Source of the DNA: Planctomycetota bacterium
GTDB lineage: Bacteria; Planctomycetota; UBA8108; SXIK01
Direction: 5' to 3'
NCBI GenBank assembly: GCA_965223845.1
Contig: CBDCXR010000004.1
Span: forward strand, 1,344,001-1,408,000
DNA: 64,000 bases
Part shown: positions 9,892 through 19,869 of the stretch, in pieces
Layout: each line of letters opens with the position of its first letter
Position numbering within the stretch: position 1 is the stretch's first letter
Program-made: the position numbers and the translations under genes
The notes under the pieces: generated by a model
The model's input: only the letters and a program-made list of their open reading frames with translations
What the model was told of the DNA's origin: nothing
Database searches by the model: none

Positions 9892-10930
9892 TTGGACGAA
9901 GCGGACGACGCCCTTCAAGCGGCGGACGCTCTACGGGCTGCAAAAGATGCTCGTGTGGACCGGCATCGCGGGTCTCTACTCGCGGAGCCGAGGGCGACGG
10001 GGTGCGGCGATTCTGATGTACCACAGCGTCGCGAGCTCCGACTCGCCGACGGGAATCGACCCAGCGAATGCGATCTCGGTCAAGGCATTCCGTGAGCAGA
10101 TGGAGTTTCTTCGGCGACGGCGGCGAGTGCTGTCGATGACGGAGCTCGTCTCGATCGTCGAAGCGGACGAGGATCCGGGACCGAACGCGATCGCCGTAAC
10201 GTTCGACGACGGCTACAGGGATTTCCTGACTCTGGCCGCGCCGATTTTGGAGGAGAATCGGATCCCGGCGACCGTGTACCTCGCGACCGAGTTCGTGAGC
10301 GCGAAGCGGCCGATGTGGATCGATGTCCTCTACTCGACCTTCGGCGGAGCGACGCGCTCGCGAGTCGAGGTCGAAGGCGTTCTCGATCGCGAGTACGACA
10401 TCGCGATCCCTCCACAGCGAGCGGCCGCATACGAAAAGCTCCGACTTCACATCGCGGCGGCGACGACGAGTGAGCGTGACCGCGTGATGGGGATCGTCGA
10501 AGAGCAGCTTCGACCGGATCGCGAGCTTCCACGGCTTCTACTCGACTGGGACGAAGTGCGTTCGCTACAGCAAACGGGCCGATTCGAATTCGGCGGTCAC
10601 ACCGCGGATCACCTCGATCTCTCGAGCCACGACGACGAGGTCGGGCGCGACCAGATCGCGCGCTGCTTCAACGATCTCGCCCGCGAGCTCGATCGCTCCC
10701 CGCTTCACTTCGCATTTCCGTACGGCCGATTCAGTACCCGTGCCGTCGACGCCGTTCGCGAGACCGGATTTCGCTCCGCCGTCTGCTCCGACGGCGCCGG
10801 ACGCGTCGGCGCGGATTCCGATCCGTATCAGCTTCCGCGAATCGATCCCCCCGAATGCCACTCGCTCTTCCGCTTTCGGACGAGCGGGGCCTACCCCGAT
10901 CTCTCGAAGTCTCTCTTCAATCGCGTATGA
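9872..10930 (+). CDS. Polysaccharide deacetylase (CE4)
   Basis: ILMYHSV, VTFDDGY, GGHTADH and FAFPYG motifs. Confidence 0.9.
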   Translation: MASLNGDWTKRTTPFKRRTLYGLQKMLVWTGIAGLYSRSRGRRGAAILMYHSVASSDSPTGIDPANAISVKAFREQMEFLRRRRRVLSMTELVSIVEADEDPGPNAIAVTFDDGYRDFLTLAAPILEENRIPATVYLATEFVSAKRPMWIDVLYSTFGGATRSRVEVEGVLDREYDIAIPPQRAAAYEKLRLHIAAATTSERDRVMGIVEEQLRPDRELPRLLLDWDEVRSLQQTGRFEFGGHTADHLDLSSHDDEVGRDQIARCFNDLARELDRSPLHFAFPYGRFSTRAVDAVRETGFRSAVCSDGAGRVGADSDPYQLPRIDPPECHSLFRFRTSGAYPDLSKSLFNRV

Positions 10931-11943
10931 CCGTCCCTCGCGTTACCGCGCTCATCGTTACCTTCAACTCTGAGGACTGCATCGGTGCGGCTCTCGAGTC
11001 GCTCCGCGATCTTCACTCCGCGGGCGAGCTCGATTGCATCGTCATCGACAATCAGAGTGTGGACGGGACGGTCGAGCTCATTCGCTCCGAGCACCCGTGG
11101 GTCCGCGTGATCGCGCAGCAGGAAAACGTGGGCTACGGTCGAGGGCTCAACCGCGGACTCAAGGAAACGACCACGCCGTACGTACTCTTCATGAACCCGG
11201 ACGCGAGGATGCAGCCGGGAGCGATCGAGCGGCTGCGCGAGTTTCTCGACGAGCGATCGCGCGTGGGCATGGTCGCGCCGGCGATCTCCTCGGCCGACGG
11301 CACGCACTATCAGTTCGCCGGCGCCTTGGCGACGCCGTGGGAGATCGTGCGCGGCGCGTTCGGAAAGATGATCAGCACGCGGCGGACCATCGAGCCGAAC
11401 TCCGCCCCCTTCGAGAGCAATTGGCTCTGTGGCGCGGTCCTCCTCGCGCGCCGCGACCTCATGGTCTCGCTCGAGGGCTTCGATCCGCGGTTCTTTCTCT
11501 ACTTCGAGGAGACGGATCTCTGCCGGCGGGTGACGGCGAGCGGATACGAGCTCTGGGCTGTCGGCGATGCCCTCGCGGTCCACGACGCCGGAACGAGCGC
11601 CCGCGCGTCGAGCGAAGATCTTCACGCAAACAACTGCATCGCGCGGCACTATTTTCAGAGCCGGTTCTACTATCTCCGCAAGCACTTTGGGTTCGCTTCG
11701 GCGTTTGCCGCGGAGCTGGGTGAGCTCGGGGTGATCCTCCTCCGACAGCTGCGGAGCTTCTTCCGGCCCCGGAACGGCCAGCCGCGTCCCCTTGCCCAGC
11801 GGCTGCGGGGGCCGGTATTCCAGAGTCCGCCCCCGGTCGCGGAGTCCTTTTCGGAACTCGACCCATCCCGGACGGCGCCGACTCCATACGCGGCTGCGCC
11901 TCGTCACGCGCCCGACGGCCCGGCGGCTCCCGAATCGCGCTGA
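10927..11943 (+). CDS. Family 2 glycosyltransferase (rhamnosyltransferase-like)
   Basis: IVTFNS, VIDNQSVD, NVGYGRGLN, MNPD and FDPRFFLYFEETDLC motifs; ATGA overlap. Confidence 0.9.
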   Translation: MTVPRVTALIVTFNSEDCIGAALESLRDLHSAGELDCIVIDNQSVDGTVELIRSEHPWVRVIAQQENVGYGRGLNRGLKETTTPYVLFMNPDARMQPGAIERLREFLDERSRVGMVAPAISSADGTHYQFAGALATPWEIVRGAFGKMISTRRTIEPNSAPFESNWLCGAVLLARRDLMVSLEGFDPRFFLYFEETDLCRRVTASGYELWAVGDALAVHDAGTSARASSEDLHANNCIARHYFQSRFYYLRKHFGFASAFAAELGELGVILLRQLRSFFRPRNGQPRPLAQRLRGPVFQSPPPVAESFSELDPSRTAPTPYAAAPRHAPDGPAAPESR

Positions 11944-12011
11944 GCCTAGACGCCACCGCTCGCGCGAGGGATTCCGTCCGGATCGACGCCGAGACTGTTC
12001 CAGGGTGCGGG

Positions 12012-12017
12012 TATACT
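12012..12017 (+). promoter_or_regulatory. Candidate -10 element (TATACT) upstream of the PKS
   Basis: GGTATACT in the 305-bp intergenic gap of otherwise GC-rich DNA; no clear -35. Confidence 0.4.
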
Positions 12018-12248
12018 GATCCGCTGCCGATGTATCAGCGAGGGCGCGCGCGTGAGACTCGGCAACCGCCCCGCCGTGGGCCGCCGTTTTGCCGGGGCGA
12101 ACGATGCGGCCGAAGCGTGGACGCCTTCCCGGGCGCCGCGGCCGCGGCTGCGGTCGTGCGGTGATCTCTCCCCCGACTCGACGGCATCTCAACGAGGGGC
12201 TCGCGACACGCGAGCGCCCCGACTGAATCATGGTCGCCACCTACGCAG

Positions 12249-15200
12249 ATGGACTTCGCTGACACCGATATCGCGATCGTTGGCATCTCGGCGCGCTTTC
12301 CCGGATCGCCGGACGCCGACGCCTACTGGAAGAGCCTCCGCGACGGAGTCGAGAGCATCCGCTCGTACTCGGACGAAGAGCTCGTCGCGGCCGGCGTCCC
12401 CGCGTCCGAGGTCGCGCGCAGCAACTACGTCAAGGCGGGCGCGCCGCTCGAGGAGATGGAGTGGTTCGACGCCGGTTTCTTCGGCTTCGGTCCGAAGGAC
12501 GCGGCCGTTCTCGATCCGCAGCATCGCCACTTCCTCGAGTGCTCTTGGGAAGCGCTCGAGGACTCGGGCACGCGTCCCGCGACGTTCCCCGGATCCATCG
12601 GGGTCTTTGCCGGCGTCGGCATGCAATCGTATTTCATCTTCAACCTCCTCACCAATCGGGAGGTGATGGATACGATGGGTCTCTTCCTCGTTCGCCACAC
12701 CGGGAACGACAAGGATTTCCTACCGACGCGCGTGTCCTATTGCCTCGATCTCCGCGGGCCGAGCGTGTCCGTGCAGACGGCGTGCTCGACGTCCCTCGTC
12801 GCCGTGCATCTCGCCGTGCAGAGCTTGATCAACGGGGAATGCGACTTGGCGCTCGCCGGCGGCGCGACGATCGAGGTTCCCCACCGTCACGGATACCTGT
12901 TCAAGGAGCAGGAGATCCTCTCTCCCGACGGACACTGCCGTTCGTTCGACGCGAGCTCGCGCGGCACCGTGTTCGGAAGTGGGATCGGTGTCGTCGCGCT
13001 CCGGCGCCTGAGTGACGCGGTGGAAGACGGCGATCCCGTCCACGCGGTGATCAAGGGTTCGGCAATCAACAACGATGGTTCGCAGAAGATCGGATACTTG
13101 GCTCCGAGCGTCGACGGTCAGGCCGCCGTCATCCTCGAAGCGCTTTCCCTCGCCGATCTCTCGCCGGAGGACATCGGCTACGTCGAGACGCACGGCACAG
13201 GGACTCCGGTCGGTGATCCGATCGAGGTCGCCGCCCTCACTCAAGCATTTCGCTCGCAGACGGACCGCCGTCAGTTCTGCGCGATCGGTTCGGTGAAGTC
13301 GAACATCGGCCACACCGACACGGCAGCCGGCGTCGCGGGTCTCATCAAGGTGGTGCAGGCGCTGCGGCACGAAATGCTGCCGCCGTCCCTCCACTTCGAG
13401 TCTCCGAATCCCGCCTGTGCGTTCGAAACGAGCCCCTTCTTCGTGAACGATCGTCTCCGCGAGTGGCCGCGCTCGAGCTCGCCGCGACGCGCCGGGGTGA
13501 GCTCTCTCGGCGTCGGCGGTACGAACGCACACGTGATCCTCGAGGAGGCGCCGGTCCTCCCCGCGACTCCTCCCGATGACTCCTGGGAGCTTCTCGTGTT
13601 TTCGGGAAAGACGGTGACGTCGGCCGAGCGCAACGCCGAACGCCTCGCCGCGCATCTCGAGGAGCATCCCGATCTTCACTTGGGCAATGTCGCGTACACC
13701 TACCAGGTGGGGCGCGAGCCGTTCGGGCACCGCCGCGCGGTCGCGTGCCGGGACGGCGCGGATGCGATCTCCGCGATTCGCGACGGCGGGGCTAAGCGCA
13801 TCGCGACGGGAACCGCGCCGGAGACGGAGGCGGCGGTGGTGTTCATGTTCCCCGGAGGGGGAGCGCAGTATCCGCAGATGGGACGCGATCTCTACGATGC
13901 GCTTCCGGTCTACCGCGAGAGTGTCGATCGCTGCCTGGAAACCCTCGCCGGTCTCGTCGACGCCGACCTGCGCGCGCTCATGTTCCCCGCCGACGGTGCC
14001 GATGTCGAGGCCGCCGCCGAGCAGCTCCGCCGGCCGCTTCTCGCCCTTCCCACCTTGTTTGCGACGGAGTACGCGCTCGCGCAGCTCTGGATGAGCTGGG
14101 GCGTCGAGCCCGCTGCGATGACCGGACACAGCATGGGCGAGTACACCGCGGCGTGTCTCGCGGGAGTGTTCACGCTCGAAGATGCGCTCCGCGTCGTCAC
14201 GCTGCGTGGTCGACTCTTCGAGACCTTGCCGCCGGGCGGCATGCTGAGCGTTCCGATGGCCGAAGATGCCGTCCGGCCGCTTCTCGGCGACGAGCTTTCG
14301 ATCGCGGCGATCAACGGTCCGGAACTCTGTGTCGTCTCGGGCGGCGACGCGGCGATCGAGCGCGCGGCCGAGCGGTTCGAGGCGAAGGAGATCGAATTCC
14401 GGCGCCTCAAGATCGACGTCGCCGCACATTCGAGCGAGCTCGAGCCCATTCTCGAAGAGTTTCGGCGCGGCGTCGGCGAGCTCAGCCTCTCGGCGCCCGA
14501 GCGCCCGTTCGTCTCGAACGTCAGCGGCACCTGGGCGCGGCCCGAGGAGGTCGTCACTCCGGAGTACTGGGTGCAGCATCTCCGGCGGACGGTCCGCTTC
14601 GCCGACGGGCTCAGCACGATTCTTCGACAGGGGCCGCAGGCGCTGATCGAGATCGGACCGGGAACGACGCTCGGATCCCTCGCGCGCATGCATCCGGATC
14701 GGCGCACCTCGGATCCCGTCGCCTCTTCTCTCCGGCATCCGCAGGAGAGCGTGGACGATCGACAGTTCCTCCTCTCGAATCTGGGACAGCTCTGGTGCAG
14801 CGGAATGGCCGTTGACTGGCTGAAGTTCCAGGGCGAGCGCGAGCGGCGGCGATTGTCCCTCCCGACGTACGCGTTCGACCGGCAGCGCTACTGGATCGAA
14901 CCCGGGGAGCCGGTCGCCAGGGTCGAGGCGGACGACACGGCGATCACGAAGCTCCCCGCTCTCGAGGATTGGCTCCAGCGGCCGGCCTGGCGCGTCGCCG
15001 GCCTCGCCAACGTCGAAGATGACCTCGCGAAGCGCTGGCTCGTGTTCCTCGATGCGGCGGGCGTCGGATCGGAGGTCGTTCGAGCGCTTCGAGCGCGCGG
15101 TGCCGACGTCGTCACCGTGCGAGAGGGAGATGCCTTCTACGAGGTAGGAACCGAGGAGTTCATCCTCGCGCCCGAGCACGGCGCGGAGGGCTATCGACTG

Positions 15201-18200
15201 ATGCTCGAGCGTCTGGCGGAGCGGGAGTGGACTCCGGACGAGATCGTCCACCTCTGGCTACTGACGGAGCGGGAGTCGTACCGTCCGGGTTCGAACTTCT
15301 TCCATCGCAATCAGGAGCAGGGGTTCTACAGCCTCCTCTTTCTCAGCCAAGAGCTCAGCGATCGGTGGCTCGAGAGTCCTTGCGGGCTGACGGTCGTCTC
15401 GACGGGCATGCAGCGGCTAGGGGACGAGACGCTCGCCTACCCGGAGAAGGCCACCGCTCTCGGCCCCGTGCGAGTGATCCCGAACGAGTTTCCGCTCGTC
15501 CGCTGCCGGAGTTTCGATGTCGACCTGCCCGCACCGCGGCGGCGCCGCGCCGCGGGCGCGCGCTTTTCCGCGCTCGCAGAAGCGCTGATCGATGAGATCC
15601 GCGCCGGCGAGGATCCCGAAGTCGCGCTCCGGGGTGAATCACGATATGTGAAGACCTACGAGCCTCTCCACCTCGAGCCGGCTAAGGCGGAGGAATCGCG
15701 CCTGCGGAAGGGTGGTGTCTATCTCATCACCGGTGGACTCGGCGGGATTGGAATGGCGGTGGCGCAGTACCTGGCCGAGCACTGGCAGGCTCGTCTCGTT
15801 CTCGTCGGTCGCTCCGGACTGCCGGAGCGGAGCGCGTGGGATCGATGGCTCGGGACGCACAGCGAGCGCGACCCGAAGAGCCTCGGCATTCGAGCCGTGC
15901 GCGAGCTCGAACGGACCGGCGCCGAGGTGTTGGTGGGAGTCGCGGATGTCGCCAATCCCGAGCAGATGAACGCCGTCATCGCAGAGGCGAACGAGCGCTT
16001 CGGGCCGATCCAGGGGGTCGTTCACGCGGCCGGAAATCTCGACGACGCGATCATTCCGAGCAAGACGCAGGAGCAAATCGAAAACGTCTTTTCGCCCAAA
16101 GTGCACGGGACGCTCGTCCTCACGAACCTTTTCGCCGAGACCGCGCTCGATTTCTTCGTCTTCTTTTCGTCGACGAGCACGATCCTCGGCCCGGCAGGTC
16201 AGGTGGACTACACGGCGGCGAACTGCTTCTTGAACGCTCTCGCGGAAAGTCAACGCTCGGTGGGGCGGGATCGAGACAGCGGCGGCACGTTCGCGGTTCA
16301 GTGGGGAGTGTGGAACGAGGTCGGGATGGCGCGCGCGCTCAGTCGTCGCATCGGTCAGCCCGACGCAGAGTTCTTTACCGCGCGCGAGCTGCTGCCGCAT
16401 CCACTCCTCGACGAACGACTCGTGACGGCGTCGGGCGATATCGCGTACGGTGCGACGTACTCGGCGGAGTCGCGGTGGATCATCGCGGAGCACCGGACGC
16501 GTGCCGGCCAGATGCTCGTTCCCGGGACTGCGTTCCTCGAGCTCGCTCGCGCGTCGTACGAGGACAGCCGCCGCTCACCGGAGTGCGAGCTGAAGAACGT
16601 GAGCTTCCTCGTTCCGCTCGAGGTGAAGGAGGGCGCCGAGCGAGAGGTGCGCGTCGAGCTCACGCGGAGCGACGGTGACTTCAGTTTCAGCATCCGCAGT
16701 CGTCGTTCGGTCGAGCACCCCTGGACGCTTCACGTCGAAGGGGGATGTGCGGCGCTCGCGTCCGAGGTCCCCGGTCCCCTCGATCTTTCGTCCATCTCCG
16801 AGCGCTGCCGCGACGTCGTTCTCGATGAAGGCGGCGACGCCCTGCGGACGGATCAGGAGGAGTTCCTCGACTTCGGACCGCGCTGGGCGGTGCTCCGGCG
16901 AGCCGAGTTCGGGCGTGGCGAAGCGCTCGCGCGCATCGAGCTAGCACCCGAGTACGAAAGCGAAGTCGGATCGTTCGGACTCCACCCGGCTCTCCTCGAT
17001 ATCGCGACCGGATTCGCGCTGCGACTCGTCGAGGGCTACGCGCCGGGGCGAAACCTCTACGTTCCCGTGTCCTACGATCGCGTTCGCGTCTACCGGCGAC
17101 TCCCGGCATCCTTCCATAGCTGGATGCGTCCCGTAGAAACGTACACGACCGACGACGACGTCGTCGCGTTCGACGTCACGCTCGTCGATGGTGAAGGGCG
17201 CGCTCTCGTCGAGGTCGAGGGCTTCCGCATGAAGCGACTCGACACCGCGCTCCTCCTCCCGCCGGAGAGCTACGCTTCCGAAGCGCAGCTCTCGGCCGCC
17301 GAACGGTTCTTCATGACGACGTTCGATGCGGGCATCGATGTCCGCGAAGGCATGGAGGCTCTCGCGCGCGTCCTCTCGGGCTCGACCGGAGCGCAGATCA
17401 TCGTGTCCTCGATCGATCTCGACGCCCTCCGTGCAGGGATGGAACGGGCGCGCGAGTCCGAAGGCGCCGGAGAGACACAAGTCAAATTCGCTCGTCCTAA
17501 TCTCTCGAGCGAGTACGAAGCTCCGCGAGACGAGGTCGAAACCGCACTCGTCGCTCACTGGGAGGAGCTCCTCGGTGTCGATCAGCTCGGAGTCCACGAC
17601 GACTTCTTCGAGGTCGGCGGACATTCACTCGTCGCCGTCCGGCTGTTCGCCAAGATCAAGAAGGAGTTCGGAGTCGAGCTGCCGCTTTCCGTTCTCTTCG
17701 AGGCCCCGACGATCGCGGGCTGCGCCGACATCATCCGCGCGCAGACCGGCGACCGGGAGGCGAGCGGAGCCGGCGGAACGTTTCGCTCGGCCCACAAGTT
17801 TCTCGTTCCGATGCGAACGGTCGACGACGCGAAGAAACCGCCGTTCTTCATCGTCGCGGGCATGTTCGGAAACGTCCTCAATCTCCGCTATCTCGCCTCC
17901 CGTCTCGGCGACGATCAGCCCGTCTACGCGGTGCAGGCGAAAGGGCTTTACGGCGACGATCAGCCGCACACCCGTTTCGAGGACATGGCGCGCGACTACC
18001 TCGAGGAGATTCGGACCGTTCAGCCGGAAGGGCCGTACTTTCTCGGCGGCTTTTCGGGCGGAGGGATCACCGCGTTCGAGATGGCTCAGCAGCTCCGCGC
18101 CGCTGGCGAGGACGTCGGAATTCTCGTCATGCTCGACAGCTTTCCGCCGGAGATTCCGTCGCTCGACTGGGGGGACCGTCTGCGGATTCAAGCGCAGCGA

Positions 18201-18683
18201 CTCTCGCGCCAGGGTGTCTCGTACGTCTTTACGTGGGCCAAGAACCGCGCGCAGTGGGAGTGGAAGAAGATCACGAGGCGATTCGGCGAAGCCGAAGAAG
18301 AGCTGACGCCGGCCGAGTTTCGTTCGACGCAAATCGAGGCCGCGTTTTACGACGCGCTCGCGCATTACGACGTGACGGACTACCCGGGGAAGGTCATCCT
18401 CTTCCGGCCCAAGCTCGACGAGTCTCACCGGCTGAGCGGAGGACGCGTCGCGAACAAGGACCGACGCCTCGTCGATCCGACCAATCACTGGGCTCCGTAC
18501 GTCTCCGGCGGGATCGAGGTGCACGAAGTCGTCGGCGATCACGACAGCATGGTCCTCGAGCCGAATGTGCGCGTGCTCGCGAAGAATCTGCGCGCGGCGG
18601 TGGAGGAGGCGCAGCTCGCCTGGGCAGTGGCCGCGAGCCCCGAGACGGCAGCGGAGAGATCGGTCGTCGAGCCCGCGCGTTGA
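12249..18683 (+). CDS. Single-module type I polyketide synthase, KS-AT-KR-DH-ACP-TE
   Basis: KS: TACSTS (~12783), HGTGT, KSNIGH. AT: GHSMG (~14124), VAAHS. KR: GGLGGIG (~15732), LDD, DYTAAN. DH: HRTRAGQMLVPG (~16491), HPALLD (~16983). ACP: GGHSL (~17616). TE: GFSGG (~18048) and GDHDSM. Confidence 0.95.
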   Translation: MDFADTDIAIVGISARFPGSPDADAYWKSLRDGVESIRSYSDEELVAAGVPASEVARSNYVKAGAPLEEMEWFDAGFFGFGPKDAAVLDPQHRHFLECSWEALEDSGTRPATFPGSIGVFAGVGMQSYFIFNLLTNREVMDTMGLFLVRHTGNDKDFLPTRVSYCLDLRGPSVSVQTACSTSLVAVHLAVQSLINGECDLALAGGATIEVPHRHGYLFKEQEILSPDGHCRSFDASSRGTVFGSGIGVVALRRLSDAVEDGDPVHAVIKGSAINNDGSQKIGYLAPSVDGQAAVILEALSLADLSPEDIGYVETHGTGTPVGDPIEVAALTQAFRSQTDRRQFCAIGSVKSNIGHTDTAAGVAGLIKVVQALRHEMLPPSLHFESPNPACAFETSPFFVNDRLREWPRSSSPRRAGVSSLGVGGTNAHVILEEAPVLPATPPDDSWELLVFSGKTVTSAERNAERLAAHLEEHPDLHLGNVAYTYQVGREPFGHRRAVACRDGADAISAIRDGGAKRIATGTAPETEAAVVFMFPGGGAQYPQMGRDLYDALPVYRESVDRCLETLAGLVDADLRALMFPADGADVEAAAEQLRRPLLALPTLFATEYALAQLWMSWGVEPAAMTGHSMGEYTAACLAGVFTLEDALRVVTLRGRLFETLPPGGMLSVPMAEDAVRPLLGDELSIAAINGPELCVVSGGDAAIERAAERFEAKEIEFRRLKIDVAAHSSELEPILEEFRRGVGELSLSAPERPFVSNVSGTWARPEEVVTPEYWVQHLRRTVRFADGLSTILRQGPQALIEIGPGTTLGSLARMHPDRRTSDPVASSLRHPQESVDDRQFLLSNLGQLWCSGMAVDWLKFQGERERRRLSLPTYAFDRQRYWIEPGEPVARVEADDTAITKLPALEDWLQRPAWRVAGLANVEDDLAKRWLVFLDAAGVGSEVVRALRARGADVVTVREGDAFYEVGTEEFILAPEHGAEGYRLMLERLAEREWTPDEIVHLWLLTERESYRPGSNFFHRNQEQGFYSLLFLSQELSDRWLESPCGLTVVSTGMQRLGDETLAYPEKATALGPVRVIPNEFPLVRCRSFDVDLPAPRRRRAAGARFSALAEALIDEIRAGEDPEVALRGESRYVKTYEPLHLEPAKAEESRLRKGGVYLITGGLGGIGMAVAQYLAEHWQARLVLVGRSGLPERSAWDRWLGTHSERDPKSLGIRAVRELERTGAEVLVGVADVANPEQMNAVIAEANERFGPIQGVVHAAGNLDDAIIPSKTQEQIENVFSPKVHGTLVLTNLFAETALDFFVFFSSTSTILGPAGQVDYTAANCFLNALAESQRSVGRDRDSGGTFAVQWGVWNEVGMARALSRRIGQPDAEFFTARELLPHPLLDERLVTASGDIAYGATYSAESRWIIAEHRTRAGQMLVPGTAFLELARASYEDSRRSPECELKNVSFLVPLEVKEGAEREVRVELTRSDGDFSFSIRSRRSVEHPWTLHVEGGCAALASEVPGPLDLSSISERCRDVVLDEGGDALRTDQEEFLDFGPRWAVLRRAEFGRGEALARIELAPEYESEVGSFGLHPALLDIATGFALRLVEGYAPGRNLYVPVSYDRVRVYRRLPASFHSWMRPVETYTTDDDVVAFDVTLVDGEGRALVEVEGFRMKRLDTALLLPPESYASEAQLSAAERFFMTTFDAGIDVREGMEALARVLSGSTGAQIIVSSIDLDALRAGMERARESEGAGETQVKFARPNLSSEYEAPRDEVETALVAHWEELLGVDQLGVHDDFFEVGGHSLVAVRLFAKIKKEFGVELPLSVLFEAPTIAGCADIIRAQTGDREASGAGGTFRSAHKFLVPMRTVDDAKKPPFFIVAGMFGNVLNLRYLASRLGDDQPVYAVQAKGLYGDDQPHTRFEDMARDYLEEIRTVQPEGPYFLGGFSGGGITAFEMAQQLRAAGEDVGILVMLDSFPPEIPSLDWGDRLRIQAQRLSRQGVSYVFTWAKNRAQWEWKKITRRFGEAEEELTPAEFRSTQIEAAFYDALAHYDVTDYPGKVILFRPKLDESHRLSGGRVANKDRRLVDPTNHWAPYVSGGIEVHEVVGDHDSMVLEPNVRVLAKNLRAAVEEAQLAWAVAASPETAAERSVVEPAR

Positions 18684-18771
18684 CGACGGGCGAAACTCAA
18701 GCGATCAGGATCGAGGCCGAGCGCGCTCGCGCGTCCGGCACGCGAAGAGAACACTCGAGAGGAGCTTCGGA

Positions 18772-19365
18772 GTGAACGACGAACACTACTGGCGCAGCGC
18801 GCTCGAAGACGCACGGGACGTCTTGGTGAAGTTCCTAGAGGATCCGGATCAGCTCGCGAGGTGCGGCCGGTTTTCGGCGCTCGTCGGCGATGCGCTCGCC
18901 GCGGGTCACACCGTCTTCACCTGCGGAAACGGCGGGAGCCACTGCGACGCGATGCACTTCGCCGAGGAGCTCACGGGGCGCTACCGGCAGAATCGGCGAC
19001 CGCTCCCGGCGCTCGCTCTCGGTGATCCGAGCCACACCACTTGCGTGTCGAACGACTACGGGTTCGAGCACGTCTTCGCGCGTCAAGTCGAAGCGTTCGG
19101 CCGTGACGGAGATGTTCTCATCGGACTCTCGACGAGCGGCAATTCGCAGAACGTTTGCCGCGCCTTCGAGGTCGCCGAGAAGAAGGGAGTCCGGCGCGTG
19201 GGACTCCTCGGGAAGGACGGCGGCAAGCTATTGGAAATGAGCGATCTCGCGATCGTCGTCCCCGGCCAGACCTCCGATCGGATCCAGGAGATCCACATCA
19301 AGCTGATTCACACGGTGATCGAAACGGTCGAGCGCCGTCTCTTTCCCGAGAATTACGCTTCGTGA
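18772..19365 (+). CDS. gmhA: D-sedoheptulose-7-phosphate isomerase
   Basis: CGNGGSHCDAMHFAEEL, NDYG, STSGNSQN and DRIQEIH motifs; GTG start after GAGGAG. Confidence 0.95.
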   Translation: MNDEHYWRSALEDARDVLVKFLEDPDQLARCGRFSALVGDALAAGHTVFTCGNGGSHCDAMHFAEELTGRYRQNRRPLPALALGDPSHTTCVSNDYGFEHVFARQVEAFGRDGDVLIGLSTSGNSQNVCRAFEVAEKKGVRRVGLLGKDGGKLLEMSDLAIVVPGQTSDRIQEIHIKLIHTVIETVERRLFPENYAS

Positions 19366-19425
19366 GCGAGTCGGTCGCGTCGCCTCGGGCTGCCGGAGGC
19401 GATCGCCGTTCGCTCGGCTCCGAGA

Positions 19426-19869
19426 TCAGTCCGCGACGAGCTCGGTGACGATTTCGTTCGAAAGCGGCCCTTCGTTCCCGAAATGATCGTACGCCGCGAC
19501 GGCGACGTAGTACGTTCCGGGTTCGAGATCGTAGAGCGTGACGCGCGTGTCCGTCCCGACATCCGTCACCATGTCGTAGTTGCCGGACTCGCGGCCGTCG
19601 TAGATCCGGTAACCAGCTAGGTCACCGAGCTCGGAGCCGTCATCGTTCGCCGTCACCGAGTCCCACGTCACCTGTAGGGTCGCGGTCGCCGGCGGGGGCG
19701 GGGGAGGAGGTGGCGGCGGGGACGAGTCGGAGATCCCTCCGGTCGCGCCATCGAGATCGTCGATGAGGACCTCGTCACCGGCGCATCCGATCAGCGAGCT
19801 CGCACACACCATCGCAATGGCCCACTTCGCGACGAAACTCGTTCCTGCGAGCGAAATCGTGGCGCGCAT
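19426..19869 (-). CDS. Putative lipoprotein with poly-Pro linker and fibronectin type III-like domain
   Basis: Signal peptide ending LIGC (lipobox-like); nine consecutive Pro; VTWD...LAGYRIY...LEPGTYYVAVAAYD..GNEGPLS. Confidence 0.75.
   Translation of the reverse strand: MRATISLAGTSFVAKWAIAMVCASSLIGCAGDEVLIDDLDGATGGISDSSPPPPPPPPPPATATLQVTWDSVTANDDGSELGDLAGYRIYDGRESGNYDMVTDVGTDTRVTLYDLEPGTYYVAVAAYDHFGNEGPLSNEIVTELVAD

Noticed and set aside
12720-15251. 843-aa antisense ORF inside the PKS, and similar long shadow ORFs (19892-21931, 52809-56435, 60660-62861, 26430-27836)
   Set aside because: They lie opposite genes with clear motifs and have no motifs of their own. Long stop-free antisense frames are expected in high-GC coding DNA.
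12249-18683. Enediyne (PksE) or PUFA (PfaA) synthase, suggested by KR preceding DH
   Set aside because: Those enzymes place the ACP(s) between AT and KR and need dedicated partner genes. Here a single ACP follows the DH and precedes a TE.
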